Source of the DNA: Octopus vulgaris
Lineage: Eukaryota
Assembly (NCBI GenBank): GCA_951406725.2
Contig: OX597818.1
Location: forward strand, 77,252,001 to 77,316,000
Direction: 5' to 3'
Length of the DNA stretch: 64,000 nucleotides
Shown here one piece after another: positions 12,901-26,188 of the stretch. The position numbers were made by a program, and so were the translations under genes. Below the pieces are notes generated by a model. It saw only the letters and a program-made list of their open reading frames with translations, had not been told where the DNA came from and searched no databases. Positions within the stretch are counted from its first letter, which is position 1, and each line of letters opens with the position of its first letter.

Positions 12901-13750
12901 TATATATGTATGGCAATGAGTCAAAAAAGAAGACAATCCAAGAAGGGCCAGTTTTAACAAATGTTTTAGTTTAATGCTTGAAAAGAAGGGAGTGAGTCTT
13001 GATATTTTGGATGCTAGCCCTTCATCAAAAGAAATAAAAGAAAAGGAAAATATAAAGGAGAAAAGGTGGTGGGAGAGAAAAAAAATTGTTTACAGCCAGG
13101 TGGAAATGTCGTTCTATGGGGTGAATTAGGAAGGGAGGAGGTGGTGTGGGGTGTGCATGTATAGGAGGATATCCATGAATAGAAATGAGCATGGGGGAGT
13201 TGTGTGTGTGTGTGTATGTATAGTAGTACAGGGTACTTGTGGTTTCTTGGGATGTGTGTAGGCATGCACATGTGGGAGTGTAGTGGCATGGAATAATGGA
13301 GGTGTGGGGGGGATAGTGTGTAGGCATAATTATGTCGGATGATTAAAATGTGTACTTCATTGAATGCATGAATATGATTTGGTGACTGACTCACCTTTGA
13401 CAGGAATTGAACTCAAAGGTGAAGGGATGTGACTAAATACCACAAGGTATATTTTGGTTGCTACTCAACTAATTCTAATAGTCCACAAAGAACAGCAAAA
13501 ATTCAAAGCAATGAGGTACGTATTCATTCTTAATATATTCAAGCAGATTCAAATGAGAATAGAATATGCTAAATACTGGTGCATTTTGTCTATGGGGAAC
13601 AATTTCTTTCAGACTATGTGTGTTTATGATACACTTGATTCATTGAGATAATGGAATTTTGAGATATTGTAGTGTTTCAAGCTGGTTGTTTCTTCAGTCA
13701 AAGATACCCTGGACCAGTGAATCTAAACAAAAACTGAGACTCTTGTTTAA

Positions 13751-14620
13751 CCTTTTGATACTAACCTGCCTGAAACTGCCTCTGGCTCAGTAATACAAAT
13801 GTCTTGTTTTCAAAAGTTCTGAATTAAAATCTTCCACCCAACCTTAGTCACAATTTATGTTCCTAACACTAGCTTAATGATAACTAAGTTATTTTACTAA
13901 ATACTTTGTTATATTTAAAAGTAGCAGCTAGGCCTGGTTTCACCCAGTCAGTTTGGATGGTGTGGCTGTAAAACCTGCTATGTGTAAGCATTTGACTTGT
14001 TTCTGTCAAAATGCTAAAAATAACTGATCAACAAAAAATCAAAAAAAAACCAACCAAGATTCAACCAAATCAAAAAATAAACCCAAATACTAAGTGAACA
14101 AACATGAACCATCCCACTTCCATTGCGTGCGCACACGCACCCCCCCCTTTTACATACACTCATATATTCACACAGTTGAAACACTGTTTGATTTATTTTT
14201 TCAGCATACAGTTTTCATCATCCCACTACCAAGTATGACATCACTCCTTCCTTTCTCATTCATAAACACAAGAGTATTATTATAGTAGATTATCGCGGTA
14301 ACCATAGGAGCTATGAAAAAAATATGACATCACTCCTTCCTTCCTTATTCATCTATTACCCCTTCCTTTCTCATTCATAAACACAAGAGTATTATTATAG
14401 TAGATTATCTTGGTAACCATGGGAGCTATGAAAAATACAAAGCCCAGCAACACCACCGGATCATGCTTCACATCTGTGTAATTTTTCGCGCAGTAATTCC
14501 ACCCAGCCGTTTGATCATGAATACTAAGACAAGAAAGAATTGCCCATGTCAAATTTATATGTATAGATTAATTGAAAGAAACACAAGAGCATCTCAACAG
14601 AAATATGGTGACAAAAGGGT
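13751..14620. mobile_element. TTAA-flanked MITE split by a Helitron insertion (related copies ~20830-21077, ~62945-63152)
   Basis: ttaa-CCTTTTG ... CAAAAGG-gttaa ends. The internal sequence matches the uninterrupted copies. Confidence 0.65.
13921..14567 (-). mobile_element. Non-autonomous Helitron-like element
   Basis: Minus strand begins a|TCTATACATATAAA and ends in hairpin ctgggtgaaaccagg plus a CTAG-like end (CTAC). Internal ~85-bp duplication at 14236-14435. Confidence 0.6.
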
Positions 14621-14984
14621 TAAAGAAATCTGCAAACAAATTACTTATTGATGTCTGCCAAAGTGATAATAAATTGTTATGTACGTGGAGAACAATGAAA
14701 CTCAAAACAATGACAAATATATTCATTTTTAATACTTTCCATCAGATCTGAATGTGTGCATAGTAATTGCTGTTGTATTTTGCCAACAGACAATTTCTTT
14801 CTGACAATGTGTGTTTACAACACACTTGATTCACTGAGGTGATGGCACTTTGATATGACATAGTTATTGTTGGCTGAAAATATGTTTTTAGGAGTTGGAT
14901 TTTGACTGAGATGTTTTTATTTCTATAATTTTTTGTCTTTCAACCAATTTGTTTTTGCAGAAATTTCACTAATTATTAATTCAA

Positions 14985-15201
14985 CGAGGAAATGCTGAAA
15001 AGTTCCTGGCTTTAAGAGTATTGTGAAAAACCTGGTTGGAGGCCCAACCTTTTGAGTTCTTTTACAGAGCTTAGAAAAACTGAAGGAGTGTTGCAATAAA
15101 TGCGTGAATCTGAGAGGGGAATAAGTTGAATAAAATCATAATTAACTGATACTCTTGAATTTTCTTTTACCAAAAGCCAGGAACTTTCTAGCACACCCTT
15201 G
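14985..15201 (+). mobile_element. Mariner-derived MITE
   Basis: TIRs cgaggaaatgctgaaaagttcctggctt / aagccaggaactttctagcacacccttg. Retains a mariner C-terminal remnant (KECCNKCVNLRGE-like). Confidence 0.75.
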
Positions 15202-15314
15202 TGCTAATTGGACAGTCTGCTAAAATGCTTCCTGCCCACCTTCTGTTACATGTTTTTACATATCTAATTTTATTTGTTTATCAGAATTCTGCAACAGATG
15301 TTAATAGTGCTTAC

Positions 15315-15467
15315 CCATGCTGCCGGTACCATCAATAATTGATGTAACTGTAGCTATTGCCTGAGTGTTCCCTTCTAAACACTGGTGTGTACCTAAATCT
15401 GCACTTACAGCTGTTGTGATCAAAGCATATGGTCCATTCACAAACACTCCACAGATTATCAGCAAAA
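15315..15467 (-). CDS. SLC37A2: SLC37 exon (VLLIICGVFVNGPYALITTAVSADLGTHQCLEGNTQAIATVTSIIDGTGSM)
   Basis: tttcAG / GTaagc, 153 nt, phase 1 to 1. NGPYALITTAVSADLGTH and IIDGTGS are diagnostic. Confidence 0.97.
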
Positions 15468-16586
15468 CTGAAAATTAAACAGAACACATTTGTAGTTATA
15501 ATTTTTCCTTTCTTTAAATTTAACGGGAATCTTAGTATGGCAGGTTAGTTACATGGTAACCTCACTGGTGCTAGTGCTACATAAAAACGTACTCAGTACA
15601 CAATGTAAAGTGAACAATACTAGGAAAGGCATAAAGCTGTAGAATCCATGCCAGACACTGGAATATAACATGGTCTTTTAACTTGTTGGATTCTGTTGAA
15701 CTGTCCAACCCATATGAACATAGAAAACAAGACATTAAATGGTTATGATGATGATGAAATTTAAAGAGAAAATTTATTAACTTCCTTAATAATTCAATTT
15801 TGTGGTTCTGAGAGGTATTAATTATAATCAACATTATCTGGAGTTGCCATACTATTATAAAGATATACACTAGATGTCAGCTAGATCAGTACTTGGGTTC
15901 AAATATATTGATTACTACAAAGGGGTCAATTTTGTCTTTCATTCTTTTGAGGCTGATAAAAAAATAGTAGACAGGTGGAACTTTAGGAACATTGGATCAA
16001 GTACCTTGTGATATTTGTTTTGGCCCTTTGCATTCTGAGTTCAAATCCCACTGTAGCCTACTTAGGTAGTAGACTTAGTAACACATCTAGGAATATATTA
16101 TCTATTGTTATTTAGCCCTAGGTCAGCCCTAATTCAAAAGACCTGTGATAAACTTATTCAAGATACAGCATTTCTGTTATTCAGACATAGTATATCTAGG
16201 ACTACAACATTTAATATGTCCTTCTTTGTTGCTACTTAGCTTCAGGTTACCTCTGATCCAGTAGACTGATAGTGAAAATTATTTCAGCTAGACCCATTTC
16301 ATCTTTTTTCAGACATAGTGTATCTAAGACTACATTATCTAAGGTGACTTTCTGGTTATTTTGCTGTAAGTCAGCTCTAAAACAGCAGATCTATAGTCAA
16401 AAATATTTCAGCTAGGGCTATACTGTCTACTGTTCAAAACCAGTGTATCTACAACTACATTAACTAAGGTATGATTTGAAGGGAATTTTGGTTGCTGTTT
16501 CTTAGTAGTTAAGACACTACATAGAAGCTACTCCTTCCTCACCACATGAATAAAGTAAAATCTTAAAATGTAGAAGAATTACATAC

Positions 16587-16635
16587 CAATATTCCAAGTG
16601 TAATTCACTGCACCATATGCATTGTAAATATAGAG
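16587..16635 (-). CDS. SLC37A2: SLC37 exon (LYIYNAYGAVNYTWNI)
   Basis: ttgcAG / GTatgt, 49 nt, phase 0 to 1. Matches SLC37A2 FLYNYIG in position and keeps the frame. Confidence 0.88.
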
Positions 16636-16867
16636 CTGCAAATAAAGATATAAATGCACTTTACATCATAAGTTGCTTGTTTTCTCATTTAAATTCAAAA
16701 TATTTTTCAGAATAATCTAAAAACATTATATAAATACTATCATATCTGGATTAAAAGATGCAAAGGCATATTAAATGCACACAGTTTTAGCTGCAGATAT
16801 TAGGAAAATGCTTTTAGTGCATTAAAGCATGTAATATAAGCCCAATTTCACACATGGGACTTAAAAT

Positions 16868-17320
16868 ATGATATAATAATAACAGACTTGTTGTATTTAG
16901 TGCTCTACAACTCATCAGAAAAAGTAATCAAAAACTGCATGAAGAGTACATAGAATATGCACAAGAAGTGAACAGTGAATAAGTTGTAAAAATAAAACAG
17001 GTGTGAGGAGCATCAGGTGTACTGTTGGTGAATTTCAGGAAGCAAGGAAGTTTTGAAGGATGTAGTGTTCCTACAGCTGATGTGGGTAGTTTATTCCATG
17101 CATCAGCAATTCTGAACATGAAAAAAAAATGTTTCCGAAAGTCATGGGTGCTGAGTTGGTTTCTTTAATTTTGTAAGCATGTCCATGAGTGTTAGATAAA
17201 CAGAATTCAAAAAGGTACCCAAGGTTGTTGGAAGGATGGTGGATAATCTTGTGGGTGTCTACCAAATCAGTTACCAGATGCAAGAGCTTTACTGTGTCCA
17301 TGCCCAGGAAAGCATGACTT
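16868..17320 (-). mobile_element. CR1-clade LINE 3' fragment (second fragment ~55165-55445, +)
   Basis: SNTHGHAYKI and FRIADAWNKLP match the CR1 ORF2 C-terminal TRGH...FFSxRVVxxWNxLP motif. Confidence 0.75.
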
Positions 17321-17519
17321 GGGGTAATAATTTAAAAGATTTTTTGAGAAAAAGTATTTGAAATCATCAAATATGGAAATTTGTGTGCATATGTAGTGTG
17401 TACGTGTATGTCTGCATATGTAAACATACACACACACACACATATATATATATGTGTGTGTGTGTTTGTGTACATCTATGTGTGGATGTGTATGCATCTC
17501 TGTGCTGTGTACATGGCTG

Positions 17520-18462
17520 TGTACATGTGTACGAACAGCCATGCTACATGGCAGTGAAACATGGGCCGTGACTGCTGAGGACATGCGTAAGCTCGCGAGG
17601 AATGAAGCCAGTATGCTCCGATGGATGTGTAATGTCAGTGTACATACTCGACAGAGCGTTAGTACCTTGAGAGAAATGTTGTACCTAAGAAGCATCAGTT
17701 GTGGTGTGCAAGAAAGACGATTGCGCTGGTATGATCATGTGGCGAGAATGGATGAAGATAGGTGTGTGAGAAAGTGCCAATCCCTAGCAGTTGAGGGAAC
17801 CTGTGGAAGAGGTAGACCCAGGAAAACCTGGGACGAGGTGGTGAAGCACGACCTTCGAACTTTAGGCCTCACTGAGGAAATGACCAGTGACCGAGACCTT
17901 TGGAAATATGCTGTACGTGAGAAGACCAGGCAGGACAAGTGAGCCCAGCCCACTTATGCATGCCTTTCCTCCCTTGGACAAAGACCTGTTGAGGCAAGCG
18001 AAGTCGATATAGAACCTCATCCGACGACAGGCACCCATGCCAACCCCCTTTGCTTGCGAAGACATGTTGGGGCAAGTGAAATCGAAATCGAATTGAACCA
18101 ATCCTATGACTGGCACCCGGCAGATGCCAGGACCCCTGGATTGGTGGTACGTAAAAAGCACTATCCGACTTGTGGCCGATGCCAGCGCCGCCTTGACTGG
18201 CTTCCATGCCAGTGGCATGTAAAATGCACCAATCCGACCGTGGCCGTTGCCAGCCTCGCCTGGCACCTGTGCAGGTGGCACGTAAAAAGCACCCACTACA
18301 CTCACGGAGTGGTTGGCATTAGGAAGGGCATCCAGCTGTAGAAACATTGCCAGATAAGACTGGAGCCTGGTGCAGCCTTCTGGCTTCCCAGATCCCCGGT
18401 CGAACCGTCCAACCCATGCTAGCATGGAGAACGGACGTTAAACGATGATGATGATGATGATG
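17520..18462 (+). mobile_element. 5'-truncated RTE-clade LINE (RT C-terminus, 3' UTR, (GAT)n tail)
   Basis: ORF 17454..17942 reads MLHGSETW...MLRWMC...RRLRWYDHVARM...RGRPRKTW, followed by a microsatellite tail. Confidence 0.9.
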
Positions 18463-18597
18463 AAACTGTATGTCATATTTGAGGTTCCGATTGTGAGACT
18501 CAATTATGAGTCCACTGCATCTTATAGCAGAAACAGCTGCAAGCAAATGAGGCTCATAACATAACCATTGTTTTTCTTTTGTCATTTCTTTTTCTTA

Positions 18598-18683
<86 letters not shown>

Positions 18684-18687
18684 TATG

Positions 18688-19020
18688 TGAAGCGCATGGC
18701 TCAGTGGTTAGAGCATCGAGCTTACAATTGTGAGGTTGTGAGTTTGAATCCCGGACTGGGATGTGTGTTGTGTTCTTGAACAAGACACTTCATTTCACAT
18801 TGCTCCAGTTCCCTCAGCTGTAGAAATGAGTTACGACGTCACAGGTGCCAAGCTGTATCGGCCGTTGCCTTTCCCTTGGATAACACTGGTGGCATGGAGA
18901 GGAGAGGCTGGTATGCATGGGCGACTGCTGGTCTTCCATAAACAACATTGCCCAGACTTGTGCTTGATAGGTTAACTTCCTAGGTGCAATCCTATGGTCA
19001 GTCATGACCAAAGGGGGTCT
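18688..19020 (+). mobile_element. tRNA-derived SINE
   Basis: A box tggctcagtggttagagc and B box gagtttgaatcc, followed by a SINE body. Confidence 0.8.
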
Positions 19021-19122
19021 CCACAATCTATATACGTTATGTTATGTTATGTATGCATGCATGTAGATAATCAAGCTCCTGTAAATATATATATATGTAA
19101 GTGAGTGTGTATATATATAGCA

Positions 19123-19971
19123 CAGGTGGAAAGTAAGTAGGCATTAAAAATTACTTATAGGATTTTTAGTATCACTAAAGACATGACAAAAACATTTGTT
19201 AAACAGACAACACTAATGGGGATTTCTTATTGCTTATTTTTCCAAAGGCTTGTCACTTGACTGTTCAGTAGTGAGCTACAATAATAGCATGCTACGAAGT
19301 GTGGAATTCCATTGTTTTTGTTTCAAAAATGGTGGCATGCATGGAAAGGTAAGCATGCAACACTACGTTTGGCGACAATAAAAAGTTGTCATGCAAAGCT
19401 GATGACCACGGTTTCTGTGAATGATGCAAGAAGTGACCATCCAAACACATCCTGATCAGCAGAGAATGTGGCAACAGTGCAGGAAATGTTTAATTGCAGC
19501 CTGCAAAAATCAATATGTCAAGCAGCTCATGAAAGTGGATTTACAAGACACACAATACGTACGTTGTTGCATAAAGAATTAAATTTTCATCCATGGAAAA
19601 CCCATTATGTGTAGGGGCTAAAACCTGAAGACTGACTGCAGAAGTCCAGATCTCACTCCATTTGACTTTTACCTGTGGGGTTACACAAAAGGGGAGGTGT
19701 ACAAGACAAAACCTTGCACACTGGAGGACTTGGAGATATGGATTCAAGAGGTTCTCAATGTTATCCTAGATTACATCCTTCAGAAGGTTGTACATCCCAT
19801 CCCTGGCCATTTGAGGAGAGAGGTTGACACCACAGGTGCTTACGTTGAAATATGAAGATTTACTTTCATTTTCCCATGTAATAAAGAACATGTATCATTT
19901 ACTTCAATAAATTTGTAAAAGGAATATGGATTTTATTACCAATTTTTAATGCTTACTTTTCACCCACCCTG
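19123..19971 (+). mobile_element. Internally deleted Tc1/mariner element (DDxD, rosa/maT-like)
   Basis: Imperfect TIRs (...aagtaag..gcattaaaaatt / aatttttaatgcttacttttcacccaccctg). Remnant RSPDLTPFDFYLWGYTKGEVYKTKP at ~19640-19720. Confidence 0.8.
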
Positions 19972-20338
19972 TGTGTATGTGTATATATATATATACACAC
20001 ACGCACACACACACATATGTATATGTATGTATTGTGTATATGTACTTGATCCCCTAGGAAATATTCAAATGTACTTTGATTTGGTGGGAAGATATTCAAA
20101 TTACTTTGATCCATTACTGAAGTGGTGATACTCAGAAATGTATAGAGTGTTGTATTATTGTTTCTAACAGTGCAATATATTGTCCATGACAATAACATAC
20201 TTTAGAGTAATTTTCAAAAAATAATTACGCTTTTCTCTCTCTCACTTTCCATATATATACTGTGATATATTTGTATCCTCAAGGTAATGTATCCAGGAAG
20301 GTGAATAGAAGAGAGAGAGGGGGAGGAAGGGAGGGAGG

Positions 20339-20382
<44 letters not shown>

Positions 20383-21103
20383 GAGAGAGAGAGAGAGAGG
20401 TAGAGAGAGAGAGAGGTAACAAAAGAATCAGGAAAGGTGGTTGGTTGCATGGTTGCAAGAGTGTGTGTATATAAAGGAAGAGACTAATGGATCATGGAAG
20501 GAGTGGATGAGGTTAGCGGTAGGCAGAGGCAGAGACAGCTGATGGTAAATAAGAATGAAGGTGATTGATGGTAAATAGGAATGAAGGTGATTGATGGTAA
20601 ATAAGAGTGAAGAATGACTGATGGCAATGACAGTACAGAAAGGCCACTGGTATACAGTAACAGTATTAATTACATTCATTACACTGGCAGAATAATATAG
20701 CAATGAAATTTATGTAAATAAAGGATCAAGTTTGTGGAAGCTGCTGAGCGGCAAACATGTCTAATCCCTGCTAGCGTGGAAAAACAGACATAAAAGTAAT
20801 TATGATAAGAGTAACAGTGATGAACCTTTTTTTCTTTATGAATTACTGGTGACAACACTTTTATTAACATATTCCTGTGGAAATAAACTTCTTTTGTTAC
20901 AATTAATCTCGAGAATAATAAAGAATTTATTAAAATGACTTGGTCATTATTAAACTGGTGTGTAGAATATGCAATAACAAGAAATTTTGATGGAAGGTTT
21001 TAATTTAGATCCCTTTAAAACGGAATTTGCTTCATAAAACTAAGGACAGTCTCAGGCGGGTTGATATCAAAAGAGTAAAGCAAATAGAAGTATTGTTACT
21101 TAC

Positions 21104-21189
21104 TAGTGGAGCTGCAAATGCTGACATAATCATACATATAATTCCACTGGATTTAGTTTTGTCTGAGAGAAATCCAGCACATATACCAC
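21104..21189 (-). CDS. SLC37A2: SLC37 exon (GGICAGFLSDKTKSSGIICMIMSAFAAPL)
   Basis: tttcAG / GTaagt, 86 nt, phase 1 to 0. AGxxSD is an MFS motif. Confidence 0.93.
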
Positions 21190-21249
21190 CTGAAAGGAAA
21201 TAAAATTCTTAGTTGAAAATTAGTTTTACAAAACAGTGTTCAAAGAACT

Positions 21250-21782
21250 AAATAGTAATCTGTTGTGAATCTGAGGAGGGAACCTGTGGAAGGAGTAGAC
21301 CAAGGAAGACATGAGACGAGGTGGTAAAGCATGAACATTGGGCCTCATGGAAGCAATGACACATGACCAAAAAAGTTGGCAATATGCTGTGCTTGGGAAG
21401 AACTGTGAAGCCAAGTGGTATCGTAGTTGTGGTTGATGCTACTGTCAGGTAACTGGCAATCATACTGATGACACATAAAATGTGCTCTTTCAACATTGGG
21501 CCTCATGGTGGCAATGATAAGTGACTGAGACCTTTGACGATATGCCATGCTTGAGAAGACCCGTCAAGCCAAGTGAAATCATAGTTGTGGCCAATGCCGG
21601 TGTCATATATCTGGCACACAAGCCTGTGGCACACAAAAAGCACCTATTACACTCTTAGGGTGGTTAATGTTAGGAACGACATACAGCCATAGAAACCATG
21701 CCAAATCAGATTGGAACCTGGTGTAACCCTACAGCTTACCAGTTTCAGTGAAACCATCTAACCTTTGCCACCATGGAAAACG

Positions 21783-21787
<5 letters not shown>
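21250..21787 (+). mobile_element. Older RTE LINE 3' fragment with internal duplication
   Basis: Homologous to 17780-18430. The segment aacattgggcctcatgg occurs twice. Confidence 0.75.
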
Positions 21788-21857
<70 letters not shown>

Positions 21858-21907
21858 AGGGAGAGAGAGAGAGAGAGGGAGGGAGGGAGGGAGGGAGGGA
21901 GAGAGAA

Positions 21908-21957
<50 letters not shown>
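21788..21957. repeat. (AG)n/(AGGG)n microsatellite (others at ~20340-20413, 31095-31148)
   Basis: Direct reading. Confidence 0.95.
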
Positions 21958-21960
<3 letters not shown>

Positions 21961-22847
21961 CTGGTCACATTTTCTTTTACTCAGAGACAATTTGAAAGTG
22001 TGGGCTCCCATGTTTCTTCTAGAAAGTTAACTTATGTAGCAGTTCTGCATCTATAGATTTAGTACTGGACCAAATATCTAGCAAGCTTCTTCTACTCTAG
22101 TACCATTCAGTTTTATGGTTGTTACCATATGAGTGAAACAACGTTAGGTTGCTTACATTTCACACTGACATTTCAACTGGTATTTTACACTTTGAAAGAC
22201 CAGTGAAATATACAATCCTTTGTGTGAAACACAAATAAAGAATGACAACAAGAAAATCACCACCGCTATCATCAGCTTTTAACTCCCATCATTCATGCTG
22301 GCATGTGTTAGTTTGACAAGATATGATGAGTATGAAGACTGTACAACACTCCAGTATCTCCCTTGGCATGGATATCTACAGTTGGATGTGCTTCCTAACA
22401 CCAATGACTTTAATGAGCATTCTGGATGATTTTTTTCATGACACCAACACTAGTGAGGTTGCCATACAGCTTGCAAAACTGAGTAGGGCCACAATAGAAG
22501 GTGGCTTTATACTGGGAGAGGAAGGAGGTTAAACTATGAAAGAAAAAACAAAAACAGAGCAGGTTTCTTGCTGTAGAGGTGTTAACCTGGCAGTAAAATG
22601 CTACCTAAGCCAAGTCCGTATCCAACCGTGCTAGTATAAAAAATATGTCCATAAAGTAAATGCACAAATTAATATATAACCTCTTCGAAATGTCAAAGGA
22701 GTTTGTCTGAAGCATTTCATTATAGTTTGTATATAACTAACTCAAGTTGTCCCCCTCCACACACACATACATAAATAGAGTTCTACTAATGTTGGTTTGG
22801 TGACTACTGGCATCTACAAAGAAAAAAAGAAAAGAAATGTTACTTAC

Positions 22848-22910
22848 CAATAATACCTCCTGTGTCAAAAAAGGTTGATAAATTTGCAGCACGCTGAGCA
22901 TTTAAATGAG
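22848..22910 (-). CDS. SLC37A2: SLC37 exon (THLNAQRAANLSTFFDTGGII)
   Basis: attcAG / GTaagt, 63 nt, phase 1 to 1. LSTxFDxGGIIG motif. Confidence 0.94.
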
Positions 22911-23334
22911 CTGAATGTACAAAGGCAACAAACAGAAATGAATATTTACGTTTTGAATATAAATATAAAAATTAAAGACTTGTAGGTACGTGGTACTTCA
23001 TTATGCAAACCCAATATACTATAAGGTATTCTAAATGTTTTCATAAGTTAGTACAACGTTCTATAAATGTAAAAGTATTGTTAAACATGTAAATAGGTCA
23101 TTTGATGGCATATCTTAAACCAAATACCATCAGCTGCATCATCATTTAAGGCAATTTTCCAGGGTAGCATAGGATCTGAAGAACCAGAGGATGCATCAGT
23201 TCCAGTTTCTGTTTTGACATGAATTCAACCACTTACAGAGCATACTTGGTGCTTTTTTGTGACACAAGCATTAGTGAGGTCAATGAGTAACTTCTAAAAC
23301 AAAACTCTTTGATTAAGTTGGGAGGTGGCTTTAA

Positions 23335-23554
23335 CCCTTCATCATTCAGATAACTTTGTCACATGTAATGCTTATTTATACACATTGATTTGAATTAACC
23401 ATGCATCATCCCATAGATTCAAAACCTCAAAGATGTGATTTTTCATTGTTAGAATGACATTGTAGGGTAGGTTGGAAAGGCTGCATCTGGCTGGTTTGAA
23501 CATAACATAGGTAGAATATTTGGGCTGGATATGGCTGGTTTAAATGCTAAAGGG
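23335..23554. mobile_element. TTAA-type MITE family (copies ~49230-49433, 50668-50885, 52661-52880, partial 61624-61760 and 14-65)
   Basis: ttaa-ccctt..cattcaga ... taaatgctaaaggg-t(c/t)aa ends. The ~220-bp body is shared among copies in both orientations. Confidence 0.75.
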
Positions 23555-24128
23555 TCAAGCCAAGTGTTGAGAGACTAAAGTATGATAGAGGAACATAACT
23601 AGGTGTCTTGCAACAGAGAACATAGCAACATAACTACCCCAGATGGAATGGGAGAAAGGATAGTGGTAATGAAATAGTAGGGCATACTCTCAAGGCACAA
23701 GAAGGTAGCTGATAATATATTGGATTAAAAACCTCTTGAATGGAAAAAAGTAGCTTTCTGCCTGCTTTGTATCTGAGGGGTTTTTAATGTAATATATTAT
23801 CAGTTATTATTTACAAATAAGTTCACTTAGAGATACATAATTAAATGACTTATTTAGAACTTATTATTTTGGAAAAAGTTCAGAAAATATAGTTGACTGA
23901 GCTGCCCCTAGTATATAACTGGTACTCAGAGACAATCTTATTAAAATATTAAACTGGTAGGAATGGTTGAAAGTTGTAGTCCAGCAGCTTGGAAAATAGA
24001 TGTAAATGATGATGGTAATTAAGGTTTTTTTTAATGCTTTATGTATCAAAAATGTCAGCACAAACTTAACTATTGCTATTTAGATGCATAGGGCATCTCA
24101 GAGAATAAAAAAAAAAAACATCGCTTAC

Positions 24129-24219
24129 TTTTATTCTTGATGAAGTTAGGTAGCCAGTAGAGGAATGTATAACTGATTAATTTGGCAAAGAATAGACAAA
24201 GTGAAAATTCCACAACACC
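24129..24219 (-). CDS. SLC37A2: SLC37 exon (GVVEFSLCLFFAKLISYTFLYWLPNFIKNK)
   Basis: ttccAG / GTaagc, 91 nt, phase 0 to 1. Near-identical to SLC37A2 GVVEFSLCLLFAKLVSYTFLYWLP. Confidence 0.96.
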
Positions 24220-24349
24220 CTGGAATACAATAAGAATAAAAAATATTAGAAAATAAGTTATGAAGACAATTGTAAAAGGTAGGGTTTGTTTATGATAAGG
24301 AAGATAATGAATTCAATAACATTGTTATATTATATGTATGTGTGTGTAT

Positions 24350-24548
24350 TGGTTTCAAATTTTGGCACAAGGCCAGCAATTTCGGGGAAGCAGGCACATC
24401 TATTACATCCATTTCAATGTTCAATTGGCACTGAAAGGATGAAAGGCAAAGTCGATTCCAGCGGCAATTGAACTCAGAATGTAAAGTTGGAAGAAATATC
24501 ACTAAGCATTTTCCTTGGCACAGTAACAATTCTGTTAGTTTGCTGCCC

Positions 24549-24550
<2 letters not shown>
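24350..24550 (-). mobile_element. Second SINE family (copies ~31930-32080, 32275-32460, 33640-33870, 36445-36650, 44050-44250)
   Basis: Shared core aaaggatgaaaggcaaagtcgac...gaatttgaactcag and a tRNA-like head gctggcagaa..gttagcac. Confidence 0.7.
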
Positions 24551-24593
<43 letters not shown>

Positions 24594-24763
24594 CATACAT
24601 ACACGTGTGTGTGTGTATATATATATACATACATACATATATAATTAAGATTCAGTTGAATTAGGTATTTAAATTGAGACACCAAGCCAGTTCGGTATAG
24701 TCCATGCAGCTCAAAGTTAGGTGAACAAAATGAAAATGAGTAACAAGTTTGTCCAGGTATCAA

Positions 24764-24850
24764 TGCATCACGGCCGTTTCAAGTGGCTCCATTTAATCGA
24801 TCAATGAAAACATTATATCAGTTTGAAAGAAACCACTCTCCTCAGATGCA
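24764..24850 (-). ncRNA. Type I hammerhead ribozyme motif, cleavage triplet mutated (GUG)
   Basis: tgcat-CTGAGGA-gagtggtttc...ggagccactt-GAAA-cggccg-TG-atgca. Confidence 0.7.
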
Positions 24851-25028
24851 GATGACCATATAGATTTCCAACATAAAGGATATCTATATTGGGTAAACTT
24901 TTATAAAAGAACTTGTAAAAAGTTTATTTATAAATTACAAGCACTATGAAAAAATTATGGATATAAGGAAGTATAAAAATATCATATATATATATATATA
25001 CTTTATTTAAAGCACCAGAAAATTCAAC

Positions 25029-25075
25029 AAAACCTGTTACTCTGAGTTTCCCGTTGCCGTTCATCGGACAGTTTT
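25029..25075 (-). ncRNA. Minimal type I hammerhead motif in 3' pLTR (CCGAUGA core variant)
   Basis: aaaactgt-CCGATGA-acggcaacgg-GAAA-ctcagag-TA-acaggtttt. Confidence 0.7.
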
Positions 25076-25205
25076 TGCTAGAATGGAACCAATATGTCAA
25101 TTCTATCCAGACTATTACAAACGCTACACCTTTAAAAAATGGACTTGTTTGATTGGCCCTTTAGAAATAACGGTCAATTTTCGAACGATAAACAAAGATG
25201 AGCTC

Positions 25206-25261
<56 letters not shown>

Positions 25262-26188
25262 TATAAAATTCGAGGAAAAACCTTACATTGAATAAAATAC
25301 ATATTGACCTTAATGAAGGAAATATAATTAATACATGGAACTTGAAATGCATTAAAAATATAACACAGTAATACATATTCATATTAAAGTATACATATAT
25401 ATCAACATACACAGAATAGATGCGTGCGAACCCCATACATATACAGACGTATAAATATAAAGCTAAAATATACACACAAATGCATGTATACATATGTATA
25501 CTCAATCTAGTTCGCACGCAAGCTAAAATCATGGATGGTTAAGTATCGTTCGTATTTATGAAGCAAAGCTTAAGACATGAGTAAGTGAGGGGTGGTGGTG
25601 TAAAGTTGCATGACTCTATACCTGTATCGTATAGTTAGAGAAAAAAACGAAAGAAAGGAAGAGAGAGAAAAAAGAAAAAGGAGGAAGGAAAAAGAAAAAA
25701 GGAGCGGTGGGGAAAAAAACGAAATAAGAAAAATTATGTATACAAGCTGTGTAACCTCGTATATTGACACAATATATATATAGAGATACAAGTACACAAA
25801 CACACAAGTTCAAGTGGATACATACACATACAGTCGTGTATGTGTGTGCTTAAGCACAAACATACGTTCACTTACACATACACAGAGACGGATGCTTACA
25901 AATACATATTCATGGCTATACACATATTTACATCAAAATTCTAATTTTTGACAACATTGCTTTTTAAAAAAATGGTGAGTGTAATAATGAAAATTATACG
26001 AAAAACACCCTATTTCGGATCATCTATAAATTAAAAATCAAAGTAAGCCTATACAATATAATAACATGAAATAAACTAAGCCGAAGGTTTTTCCTAAGAA
26101 ATATGTAGAAATATAAACAAAATATATGCATGAGACTTTGCTATACGGAATGGAATCTGCATAGCGCGAAACAAATCCATCGTTGCGT

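Noticed and set aside
7283-19020. tRNA-like sequences at 7283, 11145 and 18688 as tRNA genes
   Set aside because: The A/B boxes run into shared non-tRNA bodies and the acceptor stems are incomplete, so they are SINE heads.
21729-22056. ORFs with RE/SL runs, and YI/HT-rich ORFs elsewhere
   Set aside because: These are translations of (AG)n, (TA)n and (CA)n microsatellites.
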